Part shown: piece after piece, positions 12,401 through 47,100 of the stretch | Layout of the letters: the number at the start of each line of letters is the position of its first letter | Numbering within the stretch: position 1 is the stretch's first letter | Origin: Lama guanicoe | Taxonomy: Eukaryota | NCBI GenBank assembly: GCA_013239625.1 | Contig: MU057344.1 | Coordinates: forward strand, 436,276 to 500,275 | Length of the DNA stretch: 64,000 nucleotides | Direction of reading: 5' to 3' | The notes under the pieces: model-generated | What the model was told of the DNA's origin: nothing | Seen by the model: the letters and a program-made list of their open reading frames with translations, nothing else | Database searches by the model: none | Translations under genes and position numbers: made by a program

Positions 12401-14127
12401 CGCAACTCCTTCCCCTGCCCTGCCCAGAGCTGGGCAGTCGGTGGTGTCCTTTGGGCAGGATTTAGCAGGGAGCTGGACAAGGAGTCTGGGGTCCAGTTGA
12501 AATCAGACCTCGGTTGGCTCTGGGCCTGGGACCTCAGGGCGTCTGGTGGCTGAGTCTCCTATTTGCGTTAAGGGCCAGACCCTCGAGTGACAAAGGCTAG
12601 CATCTGTGTGAGGGAGCTTGGTCTAGAGGGCAGCTCTGAGTCCATGGCCACTCGGGTCCTGGATGTTGAAAGGTGGATGAGGTAAGGGAAGGAGCTGGCT
12701 TTGGCCAGGTCCCAAAGGCTTCCCCTGGGGGACAGGACCTGGGAGGGGGAGGGTGGAGTGCTGGGTGTTGATCACGTGGGCAGCAGCTGGTGGATGGACA
12801 GGTCATCTTCACTAGGACCCTCAGCTGGCTTGGGGACAGTGCTTGTTGGGGACAGTGGCACTGCTTTCCTTCCCACTACCCTACAGGGCCCAGCTACACC
12901 CACCTACAGGGATGCAGTTGGCACCTTTTGGGAGGAATGGGACAGGAGCCTGGCACTCAGGACCTTAGAGACAGGAGACCTCCCCCCTGTGGAGGCCCCA
13001 GGGCCCACACGGGCAGGGAGCCTTCCCTGCTTCTCGGTAGGGAGCTTCCATGCTGGGCGTAGGGATAAACAATGTTCCTCCAGGGGCTTCACCCCAGCGG
13101 TTCTCTGCAGCATCTGACACCATGTCCTGTCACTCCTTACTATCCTGGGGCCACTGGACAAGGCAGCATTGCCCTCCCTCAGCCCTGCCAGGCACCTCCT
13201 CCTCTGCCTGGGCTGACCCAGTACTCACTTTGCCTCTTCCCCATGAATGTCTCAGACGAAAATAACAGTACATCAGATGTAAACTGAATCCTGAAGTCTC
13301 CTGAGAGTGTTTTACTCCTTGTCAGAACATGTCAGCCCTGTAAAAGGTTGCAAGTTAAAAAAGAAGAAGAAAAAAAAAAGTCTTGGGTGGAGGCCCAGTG
13401 GTACCCAGGCCAGTGCTGGGGAAGAGGAGAGGGGAGCCATCCCCCTCCCAGTGCTGGGACTCAGGTCACCGTGCCACTTGTGGCCTCTCTATGCACCTCC
13501 TCTTCAGAGAGCATGGGCCCTGTGTTTGTGGGCTGGGACTGGGTGGTTTGGACCGGGCGTTGCTGGAACCAGGGGCAGCCAGCCCGCTCTGCAGGATGGC
13601 CTCCATCTCTGCTGACACAGCCACACCCTCAACTGCACTGAGGCTTCCCCCCGCCACTTGCTAATGTGAAGAAGAGCCCCTCACCCAAGCAACTGCAGCA
13701 TCGAGAGGGTTGGTCTCGGGGCCCCTGGTAGCATCTCAGTCTGCCTGCTGGGGCCTGGTGGGCCTGTGTGTGGAGGCAGGTTCCCCGGAGCTGCCTGCCA
13801 CCTTTTCCCAAGCACCTGCCTCTGAGCGTCATGAGGCCCCCGGCCTACGTGCTCAGGGCTTGCACTGCCCATTAGTTCAGTGAGCTTGGCATTCGTGGGA
13901 GTAGCCTGTGCCCAGGGACCCCTGCCCTGCCTGTGTGAGCAGAGTGGGGAGCAGTGGAGCTGGGCTAAGGTTGTGGATCAAACCCTGGGGGCCGATGGTT
14001 GTGACTGGCCAGGCCAGAGTTGGGAAGATGCTCCTGGTGGATGTTGTTACTCATCCATGTCCTCCCAACCCCCTTGAGGCAGGCCTAGGGAAGCCTGGGC
14101 CTGTGGCTATGGCGGCTTTCTGCTTAC

Positions 14128-36161
<22,034 letters not shown>

Positions 36162-36853
36162 GCTGGGCCTGGACACCTGGGGCACACTGGCCAGGTGATA
36201 TTGCCAAGAGGAAACACCCAGGTGCCCTGTCTCCCAGTGGACGTGGGGGCACCGCACAGCTGCCCACCTCCCAGCATTTTTAATCTTTCTCCAGTCAGGG
36301 CCAGGACAGCACTAGAGGCCTCTGCTCAGGACCAGCTGTGCTGTGCATCTTTGTGGTGGGGTTGGTTCCCCAGTCTGCTGCCCAGGCTGTGGTGCTGGAG
36401 AGGGAGGGACAGGTTGGGGCCAGCCCCAGGACACTGTTGGGAGATGTCTGCAAGCCAGGCCCAGGTGGGAAGAGGGCACTGCCCCCCACGCCCAGGCTAA
36501 CAGCTCATATCCCCAGGCAGGCACTGGGTGCTGCGATTGACCAGCAATAGCGATCCGGCCAAGTGGGGGCCTGGCCCTGCCCAGTCCCACTTGGGACCAG
36601 AACTGCATGCAGTGAGCAGAGCTGGCCCCTGTGAAGTCCGATAGAAATGCCCGCCTACCACTGTCCTGGGAAAGGAGGTGCCCCTCATGTCTGTGGGCCA
36701 GTGAACCCAGGGGCTGAGAACAGGCCACAGCACCTGCTGGGAGCCATTCTTGAGGCCTGAGACCCGCTGCCACGGACGTCCAGTGCTGGGGGACTGCCCA
36801 GCTCGCAGAAGCTGCAGCTCGCTCTGGAGTCAGGGTCTTTTTATCCAGAATCT

Positions 36854-36859
36854 AATAAA
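36854..36859 (+). terminator. AATAAA polyadenylation signal of ATAD3A
   Basis: First AATAAA after the stop at 36161, followed by T/GT-rich sequence. Confidence 0.8.
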
Positions 36860-37262
36860 ACCTTTGACAGTTACTTCCCAGCTTCTTATCTCTTGGCTGG
36901 TGTAGGGGGTGGGTCTTGGAGGGGTCACGGAGTCAGAAATGAAAGAAAAGGCAAAGAGGCTGGAGCTTTCTGGAGAATTTACTGACCAGCAGGGGCGGGG
37001 GTCACAGTGAGGCTCCCGACCAGGGATACCCTGGGCAGGGTGGCCGCACCTGCCACAGCAGGGCTTGGGGGCCTTATTGCTGGGCCGGGGCCTCCCCTAG
37101 ACCCGTATCCCGTGCCCCCCACTGCGGCCCGCGGACGCACACGTCCCATGCACGTGCTCCCGTGTGCAGACGTGGGCGCGCCCGGGTCCGGCCCCCATCC
37201 CGGCCATGCCCCACTCCCGGCCGCGCTCTCCTCCAGCAGAACTGACCCCAGGAACCAGACGG

Positions 37263-37500
37263 ACAGAAGGAGACGGACGCCGACGCACAGGAAGCCGTGG
37301 GTTTCAAGCGCCAGACGCGGTCCCGTGCCGGACGCGCGGCCCCACCCGCGGCTCTGGGCCCCCGGCCCCGGCCCCACCCCAACAGAAGGAGACGGACGCC
37401 GACGCACAGGAAGCCGTGGGTTTCAAGCGCCAGACGCGGTCCCGTGCCGGACGCGCGGCCCCACCCGCGGCTCTGGTGCCCCCGCCCCGGCCCCACCCCG
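37263..37500. repeat. 119-bp-period tandem duplication in the TMEM240 3' UTR
   Basis: ACAGAAGGAGACGGACGCC...GCGGCTCTGG at 37263 and 37382, identical for about 95 bp; differences are confined to the C-rich ends. Confidence 0.88.
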
Positions 37501-37640
37501 ACCCCCTTTATAAAAAGAAGAGGAGACAGCACCTTCCGCCGGACGCGCCCGACGGCCGCGGGCGCCCTGGCCCGGGCTGGCCGTCCAGTCCCGTGAGCGT
37601 GGGCGCGATGGCCGGCGGCCCTGCGAGTCCTGCGCGCGGC

Positions 37641-37936
<296 letters not shown>

Positions 37937-38164
37937 NNNNNNNNNNNNNNNNNNNNNNNNNNNNNNNNNNNNNNNNNNNNNNNNNNNNNNNNNNNNNNNN
38001 NNNNNNNNNNNNNNNNNNNNNNNNNNNNNNNNNNNNNNNNNNNNNNNNNNNNNNNNNNNNNNNNNNNNNNNNNNNNNNNNNNNNNNNNNNNNNNNNNNNN
38101 NNNNNNNNNNNNNNNNNNNNNNNNNNNNNNNNNNNNNNNNNNNNNNNNNNNNNNNNNNNNNNNN
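37937..38164. other. Assembly gap (228 N) covering most of the TMEM240 penultimate exon
   Basis: N run begins mid-exon; an acceptor-like CTTACTGCGGGGTCCCCGC runs into the gap on the minus strand. Confidence 0.9.
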
Positions 38165-40069
38165 GGCGGGGACCCCGCAGTAAGCCGCACCCGTTCGCCT
38201 GCTGGGGTCTTTGAAGCAGCCCTTGTGGGGAGCTGAGGTCGGGAAAGGGCCAGCGCACTCGCCCCTGCCAGGTCACAAGGCGGGAGGCTGCCCGGAGGGT
38301 GGGAGTGTGCGAGGTCAGTGGTCAGCGTGGAGTCCAGTAGCTGGCCAGGGCACATCTGCTGGCGCCCTTTCCTCAGCTTCCCCTCCAGGGAATTCCAGGT
38401 GGCATCAGCCCCGCCCTGGCCTTGGGTCTTCCTTCTGTTCCTCCATCCCTTGCAGGAACCTCCCCTGCCCAATTCTCTGTGCTGGAGGCCGGGGCGCCCC
38501 CCTCAACCATGCCCCACACAGATCTGCTGCTCCTGAGACGGATGGTGGTCCAGGCCTCCTGGACCGTGGTCCCACCCAGGCCTGGGCCATTCCTCTCAGC
38601 CTCTCCTCCCTCCACCATCCAGGCTGAGGCCACTGAACCCTCCAGGCCTTCACTCGCCTCTGAGGGCCACACGGAACCCTCGCCACAAGGAACCCTATCC
38701 ACAAGCCTCCCTCCAGCCTCAGGCCTGCCTGAATCCTCTCCTCCTCCAGGAAGCCCCCCGGGCCCAGTGATTCCAGGGTGGGTGGCTCTGCCCAGGAGAC
38801 CAGTACCCAGGACGACTCTAGGCTCCATGACCCCTGCTCCCACCAGAAGAGCCAAGGAGAGGGAGCTGCCGGCCCTGGGTGCCCAAGGCACGTGCCCCTC
38901 CCCCCCAATCACTCTTCACCAGCTGGGCCCTCCTCCTGCCTCTGAGTGCAGGGCTTACCCAGGAGTCCTCCTGCCTGGTTCCCATCCTCCCTGAACCCCT
39001 TTGCTGGCTTCTCCAGCTCTCCACCCACCAGGCTCCCTCTGCCTCCCGACGTCTGTGCCAAGCTCCCGCTGCCTGTGTGGCATCTCCACGTGGGATCTAC
39101 AGACACCTCAGACTTGCACCTAAAAATAGCTCCTCCCTCCCCAGACCCGCTTCTCCCCACCTTCCCTTCCCTTAGATGTTGACACCTCTGCCTGATGGTC
39201 AACCGAGATGGGTCCCTGTCCCCACCTTGCCACTGGACAGGCCTCACCCCCACTCCAGAGGGACCTCCTTGAGAATGGAAACCCCACAGGTAGTCCCTGA
39301 CCCCAGGCCCCTGCTGCCCCCCGTCACCCATGTCCCTGCACCAGCAGGGGCCACAGAGTCCTTCCTCCCCGTGGAGTCACGGGGGTCCTGGTGCCCCCAC
39401 ACCAGCCCAGAGGGGACAGCGGCAGGCAGGTCACCTCTCACACACCTCTGGCTCTTCCTGGGGCCTCCTGCCTGCCATCCCGCTCAGCTGGTCCAGCGTG
39501 TGACCAGTCCTGGTGGGTGGGGCCTCGGCCACAACAGACCCACGGAGCCAGGGCCAAGCGGAACCTGGGTTAGTTAGCAAGGACTGCCTGACACATGGCA
39601 GCCCGGCTCACCTGATCACAGCTTGCCAGGAGCCTTCGGAGGTCATCAATAAGAGATGGAAAACTATGATTATCGCCCAGAATGTGCAGGAGCTGCCAGC
39701 CCTCGGAGGATGACGCCCCTCGTCACCCAGGCCAGGCCAGACCTCGCAACAGCTGGTAACACTGAGCTTCGCTTCCACCTCCTGCCTGCCCCAGTCTCCG
39801 GGACCCCGACTGGGTCATCCTCAGGCCCACTCCTTCCTAGCCCTGGACAGGGCAGGAGACTTGAAGACCAAGTCGCCAAGGAAGCCAGAGATGCCCCTGC
39901 AAGTGGAATGGGGCCAGGGCTCCAACTGCCCCTGGAGGCACAGGATCTCCAGGGAGTCAAAGGTCATGACCTGTGTCCCCAACGCTGGCCTGGCATCTGC
40001 TGCCCCTCCCCTACCCCTTGCCCTCCTCCTTCCTCCAAGTCATGCTCCTGGGAGCAGGGGCTCGGGTCA

Positions 40070-40990
40070 CCCACGTGCACACGTATTTCTGTGATGTGTA
40101 CATACATGTGTCCTGCCTGGGCCACGCGTGCTGCACGTGTCTACCTGAGGGCAGACGCATGTTGTGTATACATGCCGGCCACATGCACAGAACACGGCGT
40201 GTATACCATGGACTCAGGCCTGCGAGCTCCACAAGTGTGCATGTGCACACTCGCCCGGGCATGAGCATGGTGCGTGCATGTCACATGTAAATGCACATGC
40301 ATTGGGCGCTGCGCACAACTGTCCTCTCTATGGGCACTGTGGCACACACGTGGGTGTGCAGAGCCTGCTGGCATGTGCGCTCTGGGACACTTGCATGTGT
40401 CCTCTGCATACAGTCCCCCATATAGGCATGTAGAAGGCATACACGTGTGTGCACTCTGCACACGGTGTGTACACACTAGAGTCCATTGTGGCAATGCGTG
40501 TCCACAGCGTGTACAGACACCCCGTCTGCGAGACTACTCTGCAGACACAGTGCACGCACACGGAGCACACGGGGCTGTATATTGTGCTTAACCATGTACT
40601 GTGCAGACACGTACATGTCGTCAATATACAAGACTCCTCTGTACACCGAGTTTACACATCCTGTGTGTAGCGATGAGTACAAAGCACACGCACGTGGACA
40701 CACACAGAAACACTCTATGCTTGTGGCAGGCACGGCTCTTTGTGTTTCCTGTGACCACAAACACGCTAAGCTGTGCAAGCAGGCCTCTCCGGAACTTGCA
40801 CTCCATGGTGGGCACGTTTTACACGAATCCGTGTGTACTCTGGACACTATGTATGATGCATACACACACCCTGAGCAAAAACATTCTGAAAACATACCTT
40901 GTCTGCCTGCCCAGAAGGGCCCTCAGCGGGAAGTGACAGGCACACCCGAGCTGGTCACAATAAGACAGCTCCCGCACGTGTCAAACACGC
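40070..40990. repeat. Degenerate alternating purine-pyrimidine (CA/TG) low-complexity region in a TMEM240 intron
   Basis: Dense CACATG/CACGTG/GTGTAC/TGCATG words over about 0.9 kb; smaller block at 41510-41645. Confidence 0.8.
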
Positions 40991-42119
40991 GTTACTAATG
41001 TTTATGGAGCTAAAGTCTGGGCCCCGTGCCGAGCACACCACCAGTCTCCGGGAGGGTCTCAAGATCCCTGCTTCTACCCTCACAGTCGGCCCAGGAAGCA
41101 GCGCAGCTGGCATCGTGTGGCTCCTTCACCCTGGGCCATGCGCCCCAGGCAGGGACATGGGTCTCTGGAGAGTGGCCACCAGCAAACTCCCTGGATGACT
41201 CCTGGCCAGCACCCGGGAGGGTCGTTTACACGCGTCTCCACCTGCCCTGATGGCCCGTGTTGGGCTTCGACACTCAGTCTGCACACACAGGGATGCTGCA
41301 TGCTTGTGAGGCCTGGAACCGTCCTCTCTCACACTTACACCCCCCTTCCGTGTGCACACACGTCCCTGGAGCCAGAGCACGGGGCAGGGTCAAGAAGGCA
41401 AGCTCGAGCCCCTAGGCCCTACCAGCTGTGTGGCCTTGGGCAAGTCTGTCTGCTCAAGCTCTCACTCTTTCTCAAGGTCCCAGCGTGCGGGCGTCCTGCC
41501 GGGATGCGGGGGTGCTATGTGTGCGCACATGTATATGCACAGACGGTACACACATGCGCGTCTCATGAGAAGATGTTTATTTCATACATGGACATACAAA
41601 CATGCATGGCCAGGAAGACTCCATCACTACATGTGCACAGCATGAGGGGTCACAAAGTGGGCGCAGGGGCCTCGGCTCTCCCCTTCCTGTGTGACCTTGA
41701 GCAAGCTCCACCTCCTTGCCTCAGTTCCTCCCAAGTTCAAGGAGGGGGTTGGGCGCGATGCCACTCAGGGTAGGCCCTGCCCACCTTGACCTTCTGTACT
41801 TCCCTCTACCTGGCTTCTGGGAAAGTTCACGGACACAGCTCAGGGCCCAGGGAGGAGGATGGTGTCCTCTGTGGCCACAGCCGTGCGCAGGATCCCTCCC
41901 GGGACACAGGCTGGGCTGCTGCTCCCCTGGCCTCCAGGCCCTGGACCAGGACCCATTCTGCTCGTCATCCCGCCAGCCCTTTCTCTAAAGGCAATTGGGG
42001 AGGGGGACCGATTGACGCAGGCATGCCCCTCCCAACACCTATGTGTGGGCTGGAGGCTGGACAGTCCTTCCCCCACCCGGCCTGGCACAAGCCTCGGCAG
42101 TCTCCGCAAGCCTAGCCTA

Positions 42120-43130
42120 GCTCGGCCTTGCAGCGCGGCCTGCGCGGGGCTCGCGGGAGCCCCAGTGGGCTCCACCTTCGCCTCACATGTGTGATCACGC
42201 GTGTGCCCCNNNNNNNNNNNNNNNNNNNNNNNNNNNNNNNNNNNNNNNNNNNNNNNNNNNNNNNNNNNNNNNNNNNNNNNNNNNNNNNNNNNNNNNNNNN
42301 NNNNNNNNNNNNNNNNNNNNNNNNNNNNNNNNNNNNNNNNNNNNNNNNNNNNNNNNNCGCCGAGGAGGGCCCGGACCGGGGGCCCCACAGGCAGGGCTCG
42401 GCGCGCTGAGGACGGGGAAGCGCAGGGCAGCGGGGGATCGGGGAGCGCAGGCCGCGCGGGCCGGTAAACAAGGGGCGGGAGGGGGAGGCGGCGCGCGGGC
42501 GCGGGAGGCGCGAGCGNNNNNNNNNNNNNNNNNNNNNNNNNNNNNNNNNNNNNNNNNNNNNNNNNNNNNNNNNNNNNNNNNNNNNNNNNNNNNNNNNNNN
42601 NNNNNNNNNNNNNNNNNNNNNNNNNNNNNNNNNNNNNNNNNNNNNNNNNNNNNNNNNNNNNNNNNNNNNNNNNNNNNNNNNNNNNNNNNNNNNNNNNNNN
42701 NNNNNNNNNNNNNNNNNNNNACCCACCGCCGCGGGCCGGGGAGCAGGCGCGGGGCCNNNNNNNNNNNNNNNNNNNNNNNNNNNNNNNNNNNNNNNNNNNN
42801 NNNNNNNNNNNNNNNNNNNNNNNNNNNNNNNNNNNNNCCGCGGCCTCCCCCGCGCCCGCCTCGCGGGAGGGAGCCCGCCGCCCGCGGCCGCCCGCCCCCG
42901 CGACGCTGGCCGGACCCCTCCCCGGGGCCCGCAGGGCCCGCTCGCCCCCATCTGGACAATCCCGACCCTGGCTGACTGCCCGGCGCCCCTGGACCCTGGG
43001 CCGCGTCCCGACCCGCCAGGCGATAGTGGAGAGGCCCTGGGCTTCCTTCCGCTCTCCTCCTCCTCCTCCCCACTTCTCAGCAGGAGGCCCCTCCTCCCAG
43101 CCCGGGGTCGCTAGGTGAGGGGCGGCGGGG
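42120..43130. promoter_or_regulatory. CpG island with three N gaps (42210-42357, 42517-42720, 42757-42837); probable TMEM240 promoter and first exons
   Basis: Extreme GC/CpG content. The TMEM240 N-terminal coding sequence is not visible elsewhere, so it is inferred to lie in these gaps. Confidence 0.75.
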
Positions 43131-43652
43131 AGGCTGTTCAGCACCCAGCCCCCCATGGCAAGAGGCTGCCTTTACTAAGGGGCCTGCAGGGTCACAGGGG
43201 AGCTGCCAGGGACAGTCAGTTGGAAGCCATGGCCGCATGGCCCGAGGGTGGTGCCCAGCAAGGGCCAGAGGATTCCCTCCCGCCAGGCAGGGCCAGCCTC
43301 GGCCCCAGCTCTCCTTAGGGATCAGCCTGGAGGCCAGAGGCCAGTGATGAGGCCCTGCTCTGGCTGCCCCAGAATGCTGGGGGATTACGAAGGGGTCCCT
43401 GAGCCAACCCGTCATCCACAGCCCAGGGACAGCACTGCCCACACAGGAGCCCCCACTTTCCCACAGCCACAGAAACCAGGGGGGTCCCCAAGGACAGGTG
43501 ATGGCTGCACAGGAAGCAGGCGCCAATCTCCCCAGCACACACCGGGTGCTGGGGTCGTGCTGGGGAGCCAGGCTGGATCCAGAGGTCTGTGCTGCGGTCT
43601 GAGGAGTATGATGGGGCACTCAGGAGGAAGCCAAGACAACCGGCAGCATCTG

Positions 43653-43658
43653 TTTATT
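43653..43658 (-). terminator. AATAAA polyadenylation signal of SSU72 (further AATAAA at 43704-43699 and 43931-43926)
   Basis: TTTATT on the + strand downstream of the SSU72 stop, at the end of an AT-rich UTR. Confidence 0.75.
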
Positions 43659-44000
43659 GGGTAATTGCAGGTTCTCTCCCCCGAAGTACACCTGTTGCTT
43701 TATTTGGGGTTTTGTACATTCCAGCCAGTTAGGGGACATAGGAAGGATGCTCAGCGAAAGGCAGATGTATTGGGAGAAATGTGCTATAAACCGTTTTTTT
43801 CTTTTTTGAGTAAAGGAAAAAACACTTTATATAATCAGTATCCCACTCCTGAGCACAAGTGGGACAGGAAAACTTGTTTGCTCTTCATCCGCACTTACGT
43901 CTATCCTCTCATTTCATATGTACAGTTTATTTGGGTGCTGCTACTGGGAAAGGTGAAACCAAGTATCAGGAAGGAAGAAGTATTAACAAAAAGAAGCTCA

Positions 44001-44104
44001 AAAAGATGGCTTGGGCAGGGCGGTGGTCAGTAGAAGCAGACGGTGTGCAGGAAAAAGATGGCTCTGGAAGGGCAGTGGTCAGTAGAAGCAGACGGTGTGC
44101 AGGA
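44001..44104. repeat. 52-bp tandem duplication spanning the SSU72 stop codon
   Basis: 44001-44052 versus 44053-44104, 4 mismatches. Confidence 0.92.
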
Positions 44105-47100
44105 AGGTCCGGCCGCTCTTCTCCTCGAACTCTTGCAGCAGCTCCTCAATCTCGTTCTCCATGTCCTCAGTGTGCTGGATCTGGGAAGGACAGGGGAGCC
44201 GCCCTGAGCCTCCCGCCCGCCCAGCCAACTGCCCAGCCTGCCCTGGTGCCGACCTGGTGCCCCAGACTCATCCCACCCACCCGGGCGGGGTCCCGAGCGC
44301 AGGTTCCCTGGCAGCCCCAGGCCCAGCAGGGAAGGGGCACAGCGGCTGCAGACAGGGAGCCGGCCCTTGGACATCACACCGCCTCTCTGTGTCCCCTGTG
44401 CAAACGAGCAACCCCACACAGTCACCTGCCCGTGCCGCCCATGCCCTGCGCTGGGGCCATCCTTGTGCTGCAGGTGCTGACAGGGTGCCCCCCCCCTAGT
44501 GTTTCTGCAGCTGTGAGACCCACGGTGCGTGCAGACACAGTTACACGCCCCCTGGTGGAGAACCACCGCTCCAAGAGGAGGTGGCGCTGCCAGGGAAGGG
44601 ACTGACTCCTCAGCACACCTGTCCTGGCCTGGAGGGGCTGGCCTGCAGCCCCCAGTCTCGGCCTGCAAGCAGGGCCTCTGCTCCACCAGCTCTCACTAGC
44701 GCGACCTGAGTGCCTGTCACGTGTGCAATTCCCAGGACTCATCTTCCCCTTCAGCCCTTTCTCTTGCCCGATAGCCAAATCTTGGGCACAACTGCTGGTG
44801 CTTCAGCAGCCACCCTGGACCATGAGACACCTCGGGAACAGAAGCTGTGCTGGGCGGAGTACCGAGAGTGTGGGCCCTGGGCCCTTCGCACAGCAGACCC
44901 GCTCGGGCCTGCCCGCCTTTAGGCATCCTGCTTGAGATACTAGTTCTCTTCATTTTCTGACCACTCACTGCCAGGTGGCCTGAGCACAGATCCCGTGGGC
45001 AGAAGGTAGGACAAGGTCTGTGAGTTTCTCCTTGAGTGGGTCCTTTGTCACCTCTAAGAGGAAACGCTTGGCTCTGGGCACAGCTGAACCGTGGCTGCAA
45101 AAGCACTTGGGCTTTTCTGCACGAGGGAGGGTGCCAGGGCCACCCGGGGAAGGTCAGACGTCTGGAAGGACAAGTTCTGAGGGAGAAGGGGACACAGGGC
45201 CCTCTGACACCACCCCTGGGAGCCTGTGTCCTGGGAGCGCTTGGTGGACACACGGCCACCTCCTCGGAGGCCAGACCCCAAGCGGGTCCCAGCACCACTG
45301 GTGTAAACCTAGAAAGCACAGAGGTCAGTTCTCAAACTTGTGGGTGCCTCTGCATTTAGGGATTTAACATTTGAGAATAACCTGAATGTGCACTGAAGGG
45401 TGGGACCGCCCCTTTCACGCTGAAGCCCCAGCCCCTCCCACCGGGCCAGGCGGGCAGGTGGTACTCACGCACTGACAGAGCTCACAGATGAGGAACGCCC
45501 CCAGGGTGGCCTCTTCGTGGTTGTCCTGGATGTCCACGTTGATCACGTGCACGGGCTGGCAAGTCTCTTGCTCCCTGGAATTCAGATCTGACCGCAACAA
45601 AATGACAGGAGTCAGAGGCCTCAGAAGCAGTTCCGCCCCACCCCACCCCCTGCCTGAGGGACAATGAAGGGCGACATCAGACCAGGCTGAGCACGTCCCC
45701 CCAGGAGAAGCCGCACACCAAGGACAGCAGGGACTCGAGGAAAGCTTGTACTGGTCACCCTCAACACCAGTCCCCAGTCTCACCCCAGACACTCCCCCTG
45801 TCCTGGAGAGAGCCCTCGGCAGCACGTCCCCCACACGCCCCGGCCCTGGCTGCTCCCTTCTGCATAAGCTCTTTCTGCGCCCAAGAACCCTAAACCCACA
45901 CAGCGCCCTCAGCCAGCACGGGGGCTGCCTGATGAACACGGTCACCCAAAAGACACAGTCTCCTGCCCCCACCCCTCCCAGAGCCCATGGCTGGGAAATA
46001 CAAGCCGTGTGCCCAGGATAGGCCAGCGGTCTTGGCCCCAGATTGTGACGGACACAGCAGGACGGGGGGATGGACACAGGAAAGGGGGATGGACGCAGAG
46101 GGATGGACACAGGACAGCAAGGACAGACACAGCAGGACGAGGGACAGACACAGGACCGAAGGGACAGACGCAGCAGGACGGGGATGGACAGAGGGACAGA
46201 CACAGGACAGAAGGGATCGATGCAGCGGGACGGGGACAGACACACCAGGATGGGGGGACGGAGACAGGACAGGAGGGACGGACACAGCAGGATGGGGATG
46301 GACACAGTGGGACAGAGGGACACAGGACAGAAGGGACGGACACAGGACAGGAGGGACGGACACAGGACAGGAGGAACGGACACAGCACAGCAAGGAGGGA
46401 CGGACACAGGACAGGAGGCACGGACACAGCAGGATGGGGATGGACACAGTGGGACAGAGGGACACAGGACAGGAGGGACGGACACAGGACAGGAGGCACG
46501 GACACAGCAGGATGGGGATGGACACAGTGGGACAGAGGGACACAGGACAGGAGGGACGGACACAGGACAGGAGGAACGGACACAGCAGGATGGGGATGGA
46601 CACAGTGGGACAGAGGGACACAGGACAGGAGGGACGGACACAGGACAGGAGGCACGGACACAGCAGGATGGGGATGGACACAGTGGGACAGAGGGACACA
46701 GGACAGAAGGGACGGACACAGGACAGGAGGGATGGACACAGTGGGACAGAGGGACACAGGACAGGAGGGACGGACACAGGACAGGAGGAATGGACACAGT
46801 GGGACAAAGGGACACAGGACAGAAGGGACGGACACAGGACAGGAGGGACAGACGCACTGGAACAGGAGGGATGGACACAGCGGGACGAGGAAGGACACAG
46901 TGGGACAGAGACAGACACAGGACAGAGGGACGGACACAGGACAGAAGGGATGGACATGGCAGGACAGAGGGACGGACACAGCGGGACAGGGGGACGGACA
47001 CAGGACAGCCGGCGCTGGGTCTGTGCTCTTACCTTCTACGACCTGGTCATACACTCGCTCTTCACAGGTGAGGATCAGATCAAACAGATCTTTGCAGTTC

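Noticed and set aside
36984-37000. CTCF-like motif between ATAD3A and TMEM240 (similar ones near 985 and 49565)
   Set aside because: Imperfect core matches are expected by chance in GC-rich DNA.
46048-47008. CRISPR-like repeat array
   Set aside because: No unique spacers, eukaryotic intron context, no cas genes.
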